A DNA stretch of 51,814 nt from an uncultured Chloracidobacterium sp. (lineage in GTDB: Bacteria > Acidobacteriota > Blastocatellia > Pyrinomonadales > Pyrinomonadaceae): assembly GCA_964574785.1 (NCBI GenBank), contig CAZNPP010000010.1, positions 6,353 through 58,166 on the forward strand, in the 5' to 3' direction. Both the position numbers and the translations under genes were made by a program. The notes beneath the pieces were generated by a model. That model did no database searches and was not told the origin of the DNA. It saw nothing but the letters and a program-made list of their open reading frames with translations. Shown here piece by piece: positions 17,998 through 26,644 of this stretch; the first letter of the stretch is position 1; every line of letters starts with the position of its first letter.

Positions 17998-19233
17998 CTA
18001 CTTCACCCCCTCAATTGCTTCAATATGGTTGCTAGGTGTTTGCTCCTTTCCCAAAAGGATATGGCATTTGGTGCACTCAAAATTAGGATTTTTGTTCTTC
18101 TCTTCGATCTCAAAATTGAGAATCCCATCGGTGTTTGATTCGATGTGGCAGCCTGTGCCGCCACCTCCGCACGACTTAACCGAAACCAGGGTTTTCTCAT
18201 CCAGTGTGTTCATCACTGCTGGGACATGGCAGGTCACACAACTCAGTTCGGCATGCAGAACAAATTCATGCTGGAACCTGCCAGCGCTTCGCATTCGCCA
18301 CTTATTCAACGTGATGCGGTCTGTTATACCCATCATCGTGGCAAGCTTCTGTTCGAAATCTCGGCGAACCTGTGGTTCAAGCGGACGAAGGCGATGACAA
18401 GTCCCGCACTCTGCAGGCGCTGGTGTTATTCCTGAATCTTCGGAATGACAGGTAAAACAGGCTGCGTGATTGCGTGGTGTTGTCTTGAAGGTACCCTTTT
18501 TCAACCAGAAGGCATCTTCTGAAAGCTTTGCAGGCGGAACCGTAACGAACTCTTGATCGGAATCGCCTTGCGGTTGATATGTCTGATGACAAACCGGGCA
18601 ACTTGTGGCTTCCTGTGCTGGCGTTCGCCTACTAAAAGAGGCATGAACAAGCCAGACCTGCGGTCGCGACGTACGAGTGCGACTAACCACGTCTACGTGC
18701 GTCTCATGAGGGAAGAAAACGCGGAATTGCGAAATGAAGTCACTAGCCTTTTTTGAAGCAGCAAAGGCCTCGTCGAGACTAGGGAACGGGTAACGATCCG
18801 TATTGCGGGGACTCACACTAATGTGGCAGTTGCTGCAGATTACGGGCGCCGGGCGTTCGCGTGCGAAGAACTGTTGCCGATGACAGTCGAGACACGACTG
18901 ATGCTCAGGAAAGTCGGTTACGTCGGGAAAGGCCTCATCACCTTCCCGTACCTCTTTCCAGTTCTTTGAGGGAAACGTGTGACAAGAACTGCATTCGATT
19001 GCGTGATTTTCATTTCGGTGTGAGAACTTTGAGTAGTCAATTTTTGGGCGCTGTGTGGTACGGGCTGCGGGTCGGCGCCTTTGAGAACGACTTTGGCTCT
19101 CAATGTAAGAAGAACTCGCAGCGACCGACGGACAGACAACTGAAATCGCCATTAAGAGCGCAGCAAAGACTGGAAAAGTACGACAGGCGATGCTTCGCCG
19201 GCTTGCAATTGTGCCAGTTAATTGAATTGCCAT
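17998..19233 (-). CDS. Multihaem c-type cytochrome (8 CXXCH plus one CX6CH-like site)
   Basis: 411 aa with a signal peptide. Motifs are CSSCH, CLDCH, CSNCH, CPVCH, CFTCH, CGTCH, CVTCH and CTKCH, plus CGGGGTGCH at 18145-18171. The c7-like F.H..H segments are repeated. Confidence 0.85.
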   Translation of the reverse strand: MAIQLTGTIASRRSIACRTFPVFAALLMAISVVCPSVAASSSYIESQSRSQRRRPAARTTQRPKIDYSKFSHRNENHAIECSSCHTFPSKNWKEVREGDEAFPDVTDFPEHQSCLDCHRQQFFARERPAPVICSNCHISVSPRNTDRYPFPSLDEAFAASKKASDFISQFRVFFPHETHVDVVSRTRTSRPQVWLVHASFSRRTPAQEATSCPVCHQTYQPQGDSDQEFVTVPPAKLSEDAFWLKKGTFKTTPRNHAACFTCHSEDSGITPAPAECGTCHRLRPLEPQVRRDFEQKLATMMGITDRITLNKWRMRSAGRFQHEFVLHAELSCVTCHVPAVMNTLDEKTLVSVKSCGGGGTGCHIESNTDGILNFEIEEKNKNPNFECTKCHILLGKEQTPSNHIEAIEGVK

Positions 19234-19280
19234 TAAATGTGAAAAGCTTACTGCATTTTCGAGAGTCAGTCCGTCCGTGA

Positions 19281-20582
19281 TCAGGCCGGCTGGTCGCTCT
19301 CGATCTGTCTGATCTTCAGGTAGACCAGCACTGCCAGGAACACAATAAACACCAGCGATACTGCTAATCCCTTACGCCTGAAAGTTAGCTCGGCAAGTGC
19401 TGCCTCTCCATCTTGATATGCTTTTGCGGCAACATTCATCCCCGTTCCGGTTACCTTTTCAACTTCGTCAGGTAAAACTGTATGGACCAGAACTCGGGCA
19501 TGCGTAACACTATCAACCGCTTCCCGCAGTTCGAATTTGGGGCGGCTAACCTCCATTCCGGAATGTTCAGCCCGCTTTAGAATCTCTGAAGACCTATCGA
19601 TCGCAACCAATAAGTCATCTATCTTAGCTCGAATCGACGCTGCGGCAATAAAACCTTTATCTCCCTCGGAATGGCATGTAATACAAATAGAGTTCGGTCC
19701 AGTTCCAACCATCTCGTCTCCCGGAGCGACAATGTCATGATTGTTATGACACTTGATGCACTCTCCTATACCCATGTTATCGAATGCTACCTTGTGGGGA
19801 CTAGCTTGAAACAACTCACCCTGGCGAACATGGCACTGTCCGCAGACGTTTGCAACCGACGCTATTCCCGGTGGGGCTGCTCCATGGTTGCCATGACAGT
19901 CATTGCAAGTGGGCGCCGAGAGATCCTGTCTCTCATATAAAGCCTTGGCATGTACGCTACCCTTGTATTTTCCATACTGGTCAGTAGGAATCGGATAGCT
20001 TTTCATGTAATCAGAGCTGCCGTGACAATTGGCGCAAGTTTCGGCGACGTTCAATGGATATACAGAGGACAATGGATCGCTAACAGACCTAATACCGTGA
20101 ACTCCATGGCAGCTAATGCAGGTCGCCACCTGAACGTTACCGGTCTTGAGTAATTTGCCGTGAACGCTTGTTTCGTACTCACGCTCCTGATCGACACGCA
20201 GGGCTGGGTTAAACTTTCTCATGAAGCTGGCATCGTTGTGGCACTTGCCGCAAAAGGCCGGAATGTCAACCGCTTTGGGTTTTCCAATGTAGCCCTTCCG
20301 CGGGTCTTTAGCGGCAGTCTTATCATCCTGAGAGGGATCACCTCCGTGGCAGTCATTGCAAGTCATTGCTCGCGACAGATGAATATCATGATCAATGGTG
20401 CGGGCTGGATCGCCAATCTCTCCTTCCAGCGTTATGTGGCACTCGACGCATGAATTCTTCTTCTGCGCATGTACTTCGGTACTACCTAAACAGATAAGAA
20501 AAAGAGTGACGATGGCAATAGCTGACGAGCCACCGTTACGGCCTCGCTGGTGACAGCTTACGTTGTGATCGAAATATAACAT
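19281..20582 (-). CDS. Nonahaem c-type cytochrome with a C-terminal TM anchor (putative c-subunit of the adjacent Rieske/cyt b complex)
   Basis: 433 aa. Signal peptide ends (VHA/QK). Nine CXXCH motifs: CVECH, CNDCH, CGKCH, CISCH, CANCH, CNDCH, CGQCH, CIKCH, CITCH. C-terminal helix [17 protein letters not shown]. Located 14 nt downstream of the cytochrome b gene. Confidence 0.85.
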   Translation of the reverse strand: MLYFDHNVSCHQRGRNGGSSAIAIVTLFLICLGSTEVHAQKKNSCVECHITLEGEIGDPARTIDHDIHLSRAMTCNDCHGGDPSQDDKTAAKDPRKGYIGKPKAVDIPAFCGKCHNDASFMRKFNPALRVDQEREYETSVHGKLLKTGNVQVATCISCHGVHGIRSVSDPLSSVYPLNVAETCANCHGSSDYMKSYPIPTDQYGKYKGSVHAKALYERQDLSAPTCNDCHGNHGAAPPGIASVANVCGQCHVRQGELFQASPHKVAFDNMGIGECIKCHNNHDIVAPGDEMVGTGPNSICITCHSEGDKGFIAAASIRAKIDDLLVAIDRSSEILKRAEHSGMEVSRPKFELREAVDSVTHARVLVHTVLPDEVEKVTGTGMNVAAKAYQDGEAALAELTFRRKGLAVSLVFIVFLAVLVYLKIRQIESDQPA

Positions 20583-20596
20583 CAGGTTCCTATTAG

Positions 20597-21655
20597 TTAG
20601 GTTACGAAGCCAACAATCGTCATCACTACAATAAAGAGGACCACAACGACACCGAATACATTAAAGACAAACCTCATTTGTGGGCTCTTCCCACGATCAA
20701 TAAAGGGAATGATGGTCCAGATCAGACCGCCTACCATGAATGCAAGAACGCCGACAACCTCCCCCTCAATGAAGAGAATTTTTGCCGGAATGTACTTTAG
20801 TGTTTGAAACATAAAGAGAAAGTACCACTCAGGCTTAATACCTGCGGGCGCCGGCGCGAAGGGGTCGGCTTTCTCTCCCAACTCCCAGGGATAAATTGCC
20901 GCGAGAGCTGCAAGAACACCAATAGCAATAATCCATCCGATAAGATCGCGCAGAAGAAAATTCGGGAAAAACTTCATCTTCCTGTGGTTAGCTTCATAGC
21001 GGGACGGCACGCTCATTCCGTGAAGCTGCACCAGGAAGAGATGGGCCGCTATTAGTATTGTTGAAATTGCGGGCAAAATAGCTACGTGAAATCCGAAGAA
21101 TCGAGTCAAGGTGGCTCCAGTTACATCGTCTCCGCCACGCAAGAAACGAAGTAATGAGTGTCCGATTACTGGAACTGCTCCAGCGATATCGGTACCAACT
21201 TTCGTAGCGAAGAACGAGACTGTGTTCCAAGGCAGCAAGTACCCGCTAAAACCGAATGAAATCGAGATTAGTAAGAGAAGAACACCAGTTAGCCAGGTCA
21301 ATTCACGTGGTTCTCTATAAGCGCGCATGAAATAAGCGCTGAACATGTGTATGAACAGCGTTAGGATCATCAAGTTTGCTGACCAACTGTGAATCGAACG
21401 GATCAACCATCCGAACTTCACCTCGGTCATGATGAACTGCACGCTCTCGAAAGCGTTTTCGGCACTTGGTCTGTAATAGAGCAGCAGGAGTATTCCGGTA
21501 ACTACTTGGACTGTAAACAGAAACAGAGTCATTCCGCCAAAGTAATACCAGACACTATGGCGGTGAAGTGGCACCTCCTTCTTACGGGCAACGGCTGCAA
21601 ATGCCTCCACACCGAGGCGTTCGTTAACCCATAGTTTTACTGATTCCACACTCAT
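20597..21655 (-). CDS. Cytochrome b subunit of a bc/b6f-type complex (fused b6 + subunit IV-like)
   Basis: 352 aa. Contains [31 protein letters not shown] and [19 protein letters not shown] (haem-ligand His pairs). Multiple TM helices. Located 5 nt downstream of the Rieske gene. Confidence 0.9.
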   Translation of the reverse strand: MSVESVKLWVNERLGVEAFAAVARKKEVPLHRHSVWYYFGGMTLFLFTVQVVTGILLLLYYRPSAENAFESVQFIMTEVKFGWLIRSIHSWSANLMILTLFIHMFSAYFMRAYREPRELTWLTGVLLLLISISFGFSGYLLPWNTVSFFATKVGTDIAGAVPVIGHSLLRFLRGGDDVTGATLTRFFGFHVAILPAISTILIAAHLFLVQLHGMSVPSRYEANHRKMKFFPNFLLRDLIGWIIAIGVLAALAAIYPWELGEKADPFAPAPAGIKPEWYFLFMFQTLKYIPAKILFIEGEVVGVLAFMVGGLIWTIIPFIDRGKSPQMRFVFNVFGVVVVLFIVVMTIVGFVT

Positions 21656-21660
21656 TGGCC

Positions 21661-22119
21661 CTAGGATCGTGACACAATGATCTCATCTCCGCGTGTATTA
21701 ACGACGTAGGCTTCCAGCGGTCGGGGAGGAGGACCACCTATGTTGTCCCCATTGAGGTTGTATTGGCCGTTGTGGCAGGCGCACCAGATCTGCTTAGTAT
21801 CGGTGCGATACTGAACAATGCAGTCAAGATGGGTGCATGTTGCTGAAAACGCTTTCAAATCTCCCGCAGGTGTGCGTACAAGAAGTCCCGGTTGATTGCC
21901 GAACTTAAAGATCTTGCCAGAGTTTGGAGGCATCTCTTTTAGAGTTCCGGCCGTGGTGGAACTCTGCATGGCCTCAACAATTTGAGGTGGGGACATGAAC
22001 TTGAAGATTGGATAGAGGATTGCGCCTAAAGTGGCGATAACGGTGGTTCCAAGCAGGTAATCGAGAAAGCTACGCCTGCTTGGACCTGCGGGTCGAGGGC
22101 GGCTGCTTTCAATTGGCAT
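21661..22119 (-). CDS. Rieske 2Fe-2S subunit with a twin-arginine signal
   Basis: [12 protein letters not shown] motif followed by a TM helix. Cluster-binding boxes are CTHLDC and CACHNG. 152 aa. Confidence 0.9.
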   Translation of the reverse strand: MPIESSRPRPAGPSRRSFLDYLLGTTVIATLGAILYPIFKFMSPPQIVEAMQSSTTAGTLKEMPPNSGKIFKFGNQPGLLVRTPAGDLKAFSATCTHLDCIVQYRTDTKQIWCACHNGQYNLNGDNIGGPPPRPLEAYVVNTRGDEIIVSRS

Positions 22120-22160
22120 GCGTTCTTGAGTCTCCTTTTTGATTATGTACGTAGATGAAG

Positions 22161-22382
22161 GCTACATCGATTCACACAACGCAAGCTGGACAGCATGCGC
22201 TATATCGAATTCACACAACGCAAGCCGACAGCATGTGTACAACGATTCACACAATGCAAGCTGACAGCATACGCTACAACGTTTTACGCAACGCACGCTG
22301 GACAGCATGCGCTACATCGATTCGCACAACGAAAGCTGGATGGCGATTCACACAACGCAAGCTGACAGCATGCGCTACATGG
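22161..22382. repeat. Tandem array, about 6 copies of a 36-38-bp unit (GCTACATCGATTCACACAACGCAAGCTGGACAGCATGC)
   Basis: Copies lie at about 22161-22198, 22199-22236, 22237-22272, 22273-22310, 22311-22343 (truncated) and 22344-22382. A few substitutions or indels separate the copies. The array fills the 266-nt spacer between the barrel-gene stop (22386) and the Rieske start (22119). Confidence 0.85.
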
Positions 22383-22385
22383 CCG

Positions 22386-24476
22386 CTATTCCCGGCGACC
22401 AAAATAGATCCGCAAGGACGTATAGGGCAGATGTGCACGATAATTCTGAGCCGGGAAGAACCGATCTTTATAGTTGAAATACTGATAGCCTACGTTCCAG
22501 TCAATTGTACGGTTCAACCTCAAAGTGACGCGTGCTTCCGGTGATTGAAAAGTCATTGGATACGAGTCGATCAGAACCGTGTTGTCGGGAGAAACCCGAT
22601 CACCCTGACCGTCGTCCTTGTTAATTCGATAGCCCGCATAAAAAGTTAGTCGCCTAACGGGCTGCACAAAGGCATTGACGAAGAAGAAATTATCTCTCAG
22701 GAAATAGTGACTCTCGCCAACTCGCCTCTGGCCAGAAATTGGTAGCAGGATCCCGGCCAGGCTGGTTAATTGCAGCCGTGTGTAACCGCCGCTTAGGGAG
22801 ACCTTCGGGTCGGGAGTCCAGTCTATTGACGAACTAAAGTTGCGAGTCTTTATGTTGACGTCGAGCCGTTCAGGTGCCGTTCCTGCGGGAACATTCGTAC
22901 CAATCACTTCCGAAGGGTTTGTATTGTCTTTAGTGATGAAGGAAACGTTTAAGGAAAGTTTATTATTTGCCTTGATGCGATTTCGAACGCGGAAATTAGT
23001 GAAGTCGTTGTTTCCGATCCTAATAAATACGCTGTCGGAGTTACCGTGTTCGCCGTCAAAATAAATTGTCCACGGCTTCACCGGCCGAGCCTTGAATCCG
23101 AAGATTGCTGAATGAGTTCGATTATCGAACGCCTCGCTTAAGCGAGTGGTCGTCGCAAGTGCATTAAGAGCGCGCAATTCGATGTGACGATCAGTAAACC
23201 GATAGCCACCGTGCACAGATAGACGCGTATTGAATTGATAATCGCCTTCAAACGTATTCATGAAGCGTCGATAGTTCGTGGTCCGCTGAAAGAAGGTGTT
23301 GGTCGTTGTTGTTGAAACACGTACCCCCGCAAGCGTGAATGTATTGATGACGTCGTTGATTGAGTCGTCGCCATTTATGCGGAAGTTGTCAAATCGAAAA
23401 GTGTTTGAGATGCGCAGCTTGTTGGTAGCTAAGTAAGTGACACCGATATCTCCGAGGCTCGAGGGCCTCTTGACCTCGCCAAATGCTCTTACAGTTTGTG
23501 GCCTAATCAGGTTGCCGGGGGCAGCGCTGGCTCTCCCAAATACCTCCTCAAAGAATGTGAAGCGAGAAGTACCGCTCAGATAGACGTAGCGACCAGTAAA
23601 GTCGAGTTTTCGCGCAATTAGCCGATGTACACTAAACCTCGAGTAGAAATGACGCCCACTCGTTGGCAACTCGCGGAACATTGTATCAATGCGACCAGTG
23701 TTGGTCGGGTTGTTACCTTGATTGGTTACAGTTTCAAAAATACTGGTATTGTCTTTAAAGTATCGGGCTCCCTGGAGAAACGAAACATCAAAACCCAAAA
23801 CTTTCGCATCTACGCCTGCCCGGAAATCATTGGCGCGAGTCTCATAATTAACATCAATACCAAACTCATCGCCGGAGAATCGAGCGCTCGTTAGTCCTGG
23901 CCCCCGACGTGTATCGCGCGAGTAGCCAAAATTGAATCTGACCCGCTCATTATCAGGTAGCATTGTCAGATCGAAGTCGCCGAACTGATGCTTAGTATTC
24001 TGAGTATGCTGGCCTAAAGCAAAGCCTACGAGGTTATTGAAGTATTTCGCCCTGCGCACATTTGCATTGAACCGGTAGAGTCCAGACTTCGCGACATTGA
24101 GCCGAGTATACCCATGTGGATCGCCGCCCCAACCAGACGTGTTGACCAAAAGACTATCGAAAGGACCATTTGTGCCGTCCTTTGACTGCAGCAAAAAGCT
24201 GGAGTCAAAAGCTCGTATGCCGGGTCTGTAGTTCAGATCACTTCGATATTTGTTTTCGCTTCCAGAAAGGGAAATTCCTCGAACGCCAATTTCTATGCTG
24301 GTGATAACGTCATAGCCGGCAATTTCGTCATTCGTATCAGAAGGCTGCTGAGTTGTTGTAGCGGTTTTGCTATCCGGGGTCGGAGACGGCTTCTGCTCCT
24401 GTCCCTTGATATTCCCGGGGGCAACCAGGAGAAGGATTATGAAACCTAGCCATCCCGTTGAAGTTCTCTGTTTCAT
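22386..24476 (-). CDS. mtrB: Large outer-membrane beta-barrel protein, MtrB/PioB/MtoB-like porin of a porin-cytochrome conduit
   Basis: 696 aa. A signal peptide and a Thr/Pro-rich linker are followed by about 640 aa of alternating, Y/F/R/N/G/D-rich strand-like sequence (for example GSENKYRSDLNYRPG). There are no Cys residues. It lies 37 nt downstream of the decahaem gene. The symbol is family-level only. Confidence 0.7.
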   Translation of the reverse strand: MKQRTSTGWLGFIILLLVAPGNIKGQEQKPSPTPDSKTATTTQQPSDTNDEIAGYDVITSIEIGVRGISLSGSENKYRSDLNYRPGIRAFDSSFLLQSKDGTNGPFDSLLVNTSGWGGDPHGYTRLNVAKSGLYRFNANVRRAKYFNNLVGFALGQHTQNTKHQFGDFDLTMLPDNERVRFNFGYSRDTRRGPGLTSARFSGDEFGIDVNYETRANDFRAGVDAKVLGFDVSFLQGARYFKDNTSIFETVTNQGNNPTNTGRIDTMFRELPTSGRHFYSRFSVHRLIARKLDFTGRYVYLSGTSRFTFFEEVFGRASAAPGNLIRPQTVRAFGEVKRPSSLGDIGVTYLATNKLRISNTFRFDNFRINGDDSINDVINTFTLAGVRVSTTTTNTFFQRTTNYRRFMNTFEGDYQFNTRLSVHGGYRFTDRHIELRALNALATTTRLSEAFDNRTHSAIFGFKARPVKPWTIYFDGEHGNSDSVFIRIGNNDFTNFRVRNRIKANNKLSLNVSFITKDNTNPSEVIGTNVPAGTAPERLDVNIKTRNFSSSIDWTPDPKVSLSGGYTRLQLTSLAGILLPISGQRRVGESHYFLRDNFFFVNAFVQPVRRLTFYAGYRINKDDGQGDRVSPDNTVLIDSYPMTFQSPEARVTLRLNRTIDWNVGYQYFNYKDRFFPAQNYRAHLPYTSLRIYFGRRE

Positions 24477-24513
24477 GTTAACCGTCCCTTACCAAGTGAA
24501 TCCAAAAATTCAC

Positions 24514-25533
24514 CTATCTGAAGAAAAAGCGGTCTACCTGCGAGCCATGGATCTTTACGTGACAGGTCGTACAATTCTGGTAGCGCACAGTAGCCTGATT
24601 GTGGAAGTTCGGAGTATCAGGCGCCCCAATTTCGTGCGCGTTACTGTGACACTCAAGACAAAGAGTGCGATCGCCCCGCGCGCGCGCCAACAGTTTGGGA
24701 TTGCTTGAGCCGTGTGGCGTATGGCAAGAACTGCAGCCTTCCGTCTTCAGTGGAGCGTGCTCGAATGTAAAAGGCCCCTGTTTATCCGTATGGCATTTTA
24801 GGCAGCCGGAATCGGCTCCTGTAGCAAGTCGGGTCTGCTTTAGTTCGAAACCGCCATGCGGATTGTGACAGTCGGAGCACTTTATCAATCCTTCGAGCAC
24901 ACGATGACGAAACGGCATACTGAATTGAGCTTTTTGCTCTGAGTGACAACTTATGCAAAGCTGAGGCTCGCTTCCCCTAAGCATTGATGCCGTCCGAGTA
25001 TCAACATTGCGTCGAGCAACTTCTGAGACGAGCGTATTAGAGCCGGGGTTCGAAGCAAGAACTGTGGGATCATGCGAACTGTGGCAGTCGGCGCAACCCA
25101 CGTCATTCCGCCAGTGTTCACCGCGGCGAAAGTTGTTGTGCTCTTCTCGGCCCGCATGACAAGCCAAACATGTTTCTGAGGTGTCTTTTGCTGTCTTGTT
25201 TTTGAAGGATATTATTTTAGCAGGGTCTGCTTCTTCGATATGAGCTTTACCAGGCCCATGGCAGCTCTCGCAACCTGTGACCTTACCCTTCCAATTGCGA
25301 GACTCAGTCAGCTTAGCATGAGCTGTGTGCAAAAAATTCTTGAACTGATCCTCGTGGCAATCGCGACAAGCCTCACTCCCAACATAGTCCTCTCTAAGTT
25401 CCAAGCCACGGGATACCAAAGCATCACCAGTGGCAGTCGCGGAATCAGGGAATGAAGTTGAGGCTATCCAGAGGAACAGGGTGGTAACGACTCCCGCGAT
25501 CGTTGCAAGCTTGATAATCTTTGATGAAATCAT
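24514..25533 (-). CDS. mtrA: Periplasmic decahaem c-type cytochrome, MtrA/DmsE/PioA/MtoA family
   Basis: 339 aa. Ten CXXCH motifs: CRDCH, CESCH, CLACH, CADCH, CISCH, CSDCH, CLKCH, CSSCH, CLECH, CTTCH. Blocks resembling Shewanella MtrA as I recall it are CSDCHNPHG, GPFTFEHAP, CSSCHTPHGS.NPKLL and C.TCHVKIHGS. Confidence 0.9.
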   Translation of the reverse strand: MISSKIIKLATIAGVVTTLFLWIASTSFPDSATATGDALVSRGLELREDYVGSEACRDCHEDQFKNFLHTAHAKLTESRNWKGKVTGCESCHGPGKAHIEEADPAKIISFKNKTAKDTSETCLACHAGREEHNNFRRGEHWRNDVGCADCHSSHDPTVLASNPGSNTLVSEVARRNVDTRTASMLRGSEPQLCISCHSEQKAQFSMPFRHRVLEGLIKCSDCHNPHGGFELKQTRLATGADSGCLKCHTDKQGPFTFEHAPLKTEGCSSCHTPHGSSNPKLLARARGDRTLCLECHSNAHEIGAPDTPNFHNQATVRYQNCTTCHVKIHGSQVDRFFFR

Positions 25534-25646
25534 TGCTCTCTCCTGAGAGGTGCTAATGCGCTAAACCCCAAGATGTGCTTACCAGAGGTGACGCCGGAGA
25601 TCTATGGTTTTGTGCACCTAGAGTAGTCAATAATCTCTTGACCGAG

Positions 25647-26324
25647 TCACAGCGGATTAGTCTCAATTAGTTTCAGAAGCTCTTCAAGTGGCTCACTATC
25701 AGCCAGATTGAATCTCCATTCGCTTTCCTTCAGATGAAGATAAAACGTGCGTCTTGAAACTCCATTGAACTTCTCGAAACGACGTTGGGTAAAGCTCCAA
25801 AATTGCTGAGCATCGATCGCTTCGCTCGCCTCACGATACCAACTTCCTTTTTCGGGATGCTCCAGAATCAAAGGCTTCGAATACTCAGCATCAACAAGGG
25901 CATCGTATCCATGCCAACCATCAGTGGGCACCTCGCGCGCAGCTATTCGGCCCCTTATCAATGCACGGATAATTGGTTTGCGACAGTCGGGAACTGGCAT
26001 CGTAAAGATTTTGTTCCGCCGATTAAGTAGGGCAAACAGCGGGGTATTGCGAGAAAGGCTCGAACGGCATCTACCACAAATGCACCTTGAACATGACAGA
26101 GATTCGTTACTGGAAAGTTCAGATGATAGTGGTGAGTTGCGTTCGCAATGCTCGGCGATGCGTTGACGAATCTTTAAGAAAATTGTGGTGACGCTTTTAC
26201 GAGTGAGTCCGGTTAATTGCGCGACTTCTGTTGCTGATCGGTCCTCAGCGAAATACCTCAACAACTGGCAGAACTTGACATCTGGAATTCTTGAACGGCG
26301 GTAATAGCGTCTCGATTGATTCAT
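25647..26324 (-). mobile_element. IS1595-family (ISXO2-like) transposase-like gene, probably catalytically decayed
   Basis: 225 aa from the ATG at 26324 (the ORF extends to 26357). Family-typical N-terminus RRYYRRSRIPDVKFCQLLRYFAEDRSATEVAQLTGLTRKSVTTIFLKIRQRIAEHCE and C-terminus FWSFTQRRFEKFNGVSRRTFYLHLKESEWRFN. No terminal inverted repeats recognised. Confidence 0.7.
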
Positions 26325-26644
26325 CGTCGTGAGCCGGTAAACAAAAGGCTCGAACAAGAGTCTTTGGCAAACTCTCTGAATGTTAGCCTGGAAAAGCCTC
26401 GAGTTGTCTGTTGGGCAAGCTGTATGCCCGCAGTAATAGCATAATTTCGCAGGAGTTTTGGGAAGCGAGTGGGGGCAATGAGTGCGCGCTTTTGCCCAAA
26501 GCTTGCGGAAGTTTCCACAGTTAACTGAACGTGCCGCATTCTATCATATTCCGACAGACTTCAGTTTGTCGGTTTCGTTGAGTTTGCGAACGGGCTGAAG
26601 CTACAACAAAAACGACAAAGTGAGTTTTTAGGGCGTGGGCGGAC

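Noticed and set aside
22161-22382. Possible CRISPR array
   Set aside because: The units abut head to tail with no unique spacers. The copies are degenerate, and no cas genes or leader are present.
22155-22544. 129-aa plus-strand ORF with a repetitive peptide (IHTTQAG.. / IHTMQAD..)
   Set aside because: Its periodicity is just the translation of the 36-38-bp DNA tandem array, and its 3' half runs antisense through the end of the barrel gene. It has no RBS or protein-like composition.
25600-25630. Sigma-70-like promoter (TTGACT ... ATAGAT on the minus strand) upstream of mtrA
   Set aside because: The -35 hexamer is good, but the spacer is about 19 nt and the -10 hexamer matches poorly. The promoter consensus for this lineage is unknown to me.
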